The notes under the pieces: generated by a model | Databases searched by the model: none | Told to the model about the DNA's origin: nothing | The model's input: the letters and a program-made list of their open reading frames with translations, nothing else | Shown here: positions 42,940 to 43,398 of the stretch, in pieces | Position numbering within the stretch: the stretch's first letter is position 1 | Layout of the letters: each line of letters begins with the position of its first letter | IMG/VR virus record: IMGVR_UViG_3300036773_000062 | Span: 1-43,398 of that record | Strand: one strand, 5' to 3' | DNA length: 43,398 nt | DNA from: a virus | Taxonomy: Duplodnaviria > Caudoviricetes | Position numbers and translations under genes: made by a program

Positions 42940-43398
42940 TGGCCCTCATCACCCAACTCACGAAGGCGCAAGAGGCGCGCTTCCCTGAGTTCGTTTCGAA
43001 ATGGACCTCGAGCGGCCTATCCACGCAGCCTGCGGATCGGGAGAAAAGCGAGCGCGCGATCTCAGGGCTCTACCGGCTCACGAAGTTGAAAGAGCCTCGC
43101 GTGATTTGGCTCCCCTGCCCGCTATCAGCCGCGCTCGCCGCCATCGTCTATACGCAAGTCAGAGGGCCTCTTCGCGGAGAGCGGAGCAAACCTCAGCCGG
43201 CGGTGCGCTCGGCGGTGGGCTCGGCGGTGGACTCGGCGGTGCGCTCGGCGGTGGGCTCGGCGGTGTACTCGGCGGTGTACTCGGCGGTGGGCTCGGCGGT
43301 GGACTCGGCGGTGCGCTCGGCGGTGGACTCGGCGGTGCGCTCGGCGGTGCGCTCGGCGGTGGGCTCGGCGGTGGGCTCGGCGGTGGGCTCGGCGGTGC
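42939..43398 (+). CDS. N-terminal part of the DUF6745-like repeat protein (runs off the window end)
   Basis: Hand translation MALITQLTKAQEARFPEFVSKW...LSTQPADR..E.AI..LY......P.VIW...P, then SAVx repeats with no stop codon. Confidence 0.85.
   Translation, partial: MALITQLTKAQEARFPEFVSKWTSSGLSTQPADREKSERAISGLYRLTKLKEPRVIWLPCPLSAALAAIVYTQVRGPLRGERSKPQPAVRSAVGSAVDSAVRSAVGSAVYSAVYSAVGSAVDSAVRSAVDSAVRSAVRSAVGSAVGSAVGSAV
43200..43398 (+). repeat. 12-bp tandem repeat GCGGTGNNCTCG (16.6 units; R G D R G Y Y G D R D R R G G G ...)
   Basis: Read directly; same unit as 1-210. Confidence 0.99.

Larger units (their letters stand above)
1..43398. mobile_element. Near-complete temperate siphovirus genome (HK97-like head, lambda/GTA-like tail), excised circular form
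   Basis: Integration, immunity, replication, packaging, head, tail and lysis modules are all present. No host genes. attP is intact and internal. Both ends fall in the same tandem repeat of one gene. Confidence 0.95.

Noticed and set aside
43200-43398. Repeat unit as an array of Chi sites
   Set aside because: GCGGTGG resembles but does not match E. coli Chi (GCTGGTGG), and the coding constraint explains the unit.

Overview
The window is an essentially complete, excised (attP-intact) temperate siphovirus genome of about 43.4 kb. It is GC-rich and most likely infects a Gammaproteobacterium (csrA, IHF sites, embedded Rz/Rz1 spanins, tRNA-Lys(CTT) attP). The linear sequence is broken inside one gene: both ends lie in a 12-bp tandem array of a DUF6745-like protein (42939-end plus 1-951). 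The minus strand carries cro, a DUF1376 replication gene, HK97-type packaging and head genes, a lambda-like tail with GTA-type tip genes, and lysis genes. The plus strand carries cI, RecE/Sak4 recombination genes, many small early genes, csrA, xis and integrase. The most unusual feature is a cluster of about six glycosyltransferase/methyltransferase genes inserted between the major capsid gene and the head-tail connector, a candidate virion-glycosylation system. Its first enzyme has no ATG/GTG/TTG start ahead of its conserved N-terminal motifs and appears to be fused to a small capsid-adjacent protein by a lambda-type G_GGA_AAG -1 frameshift. Other points of interest are a four-letter SAV[R/G/D/Y] repeat code, a chain of small genes sharing a junction motif, a csrA with tandem self-binding sites, a homing endonuclease that duplicates its neighbour's C-terminus, and a probable ATT start codon. 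All family assignments are from motif recognition by eye; no database search was run.
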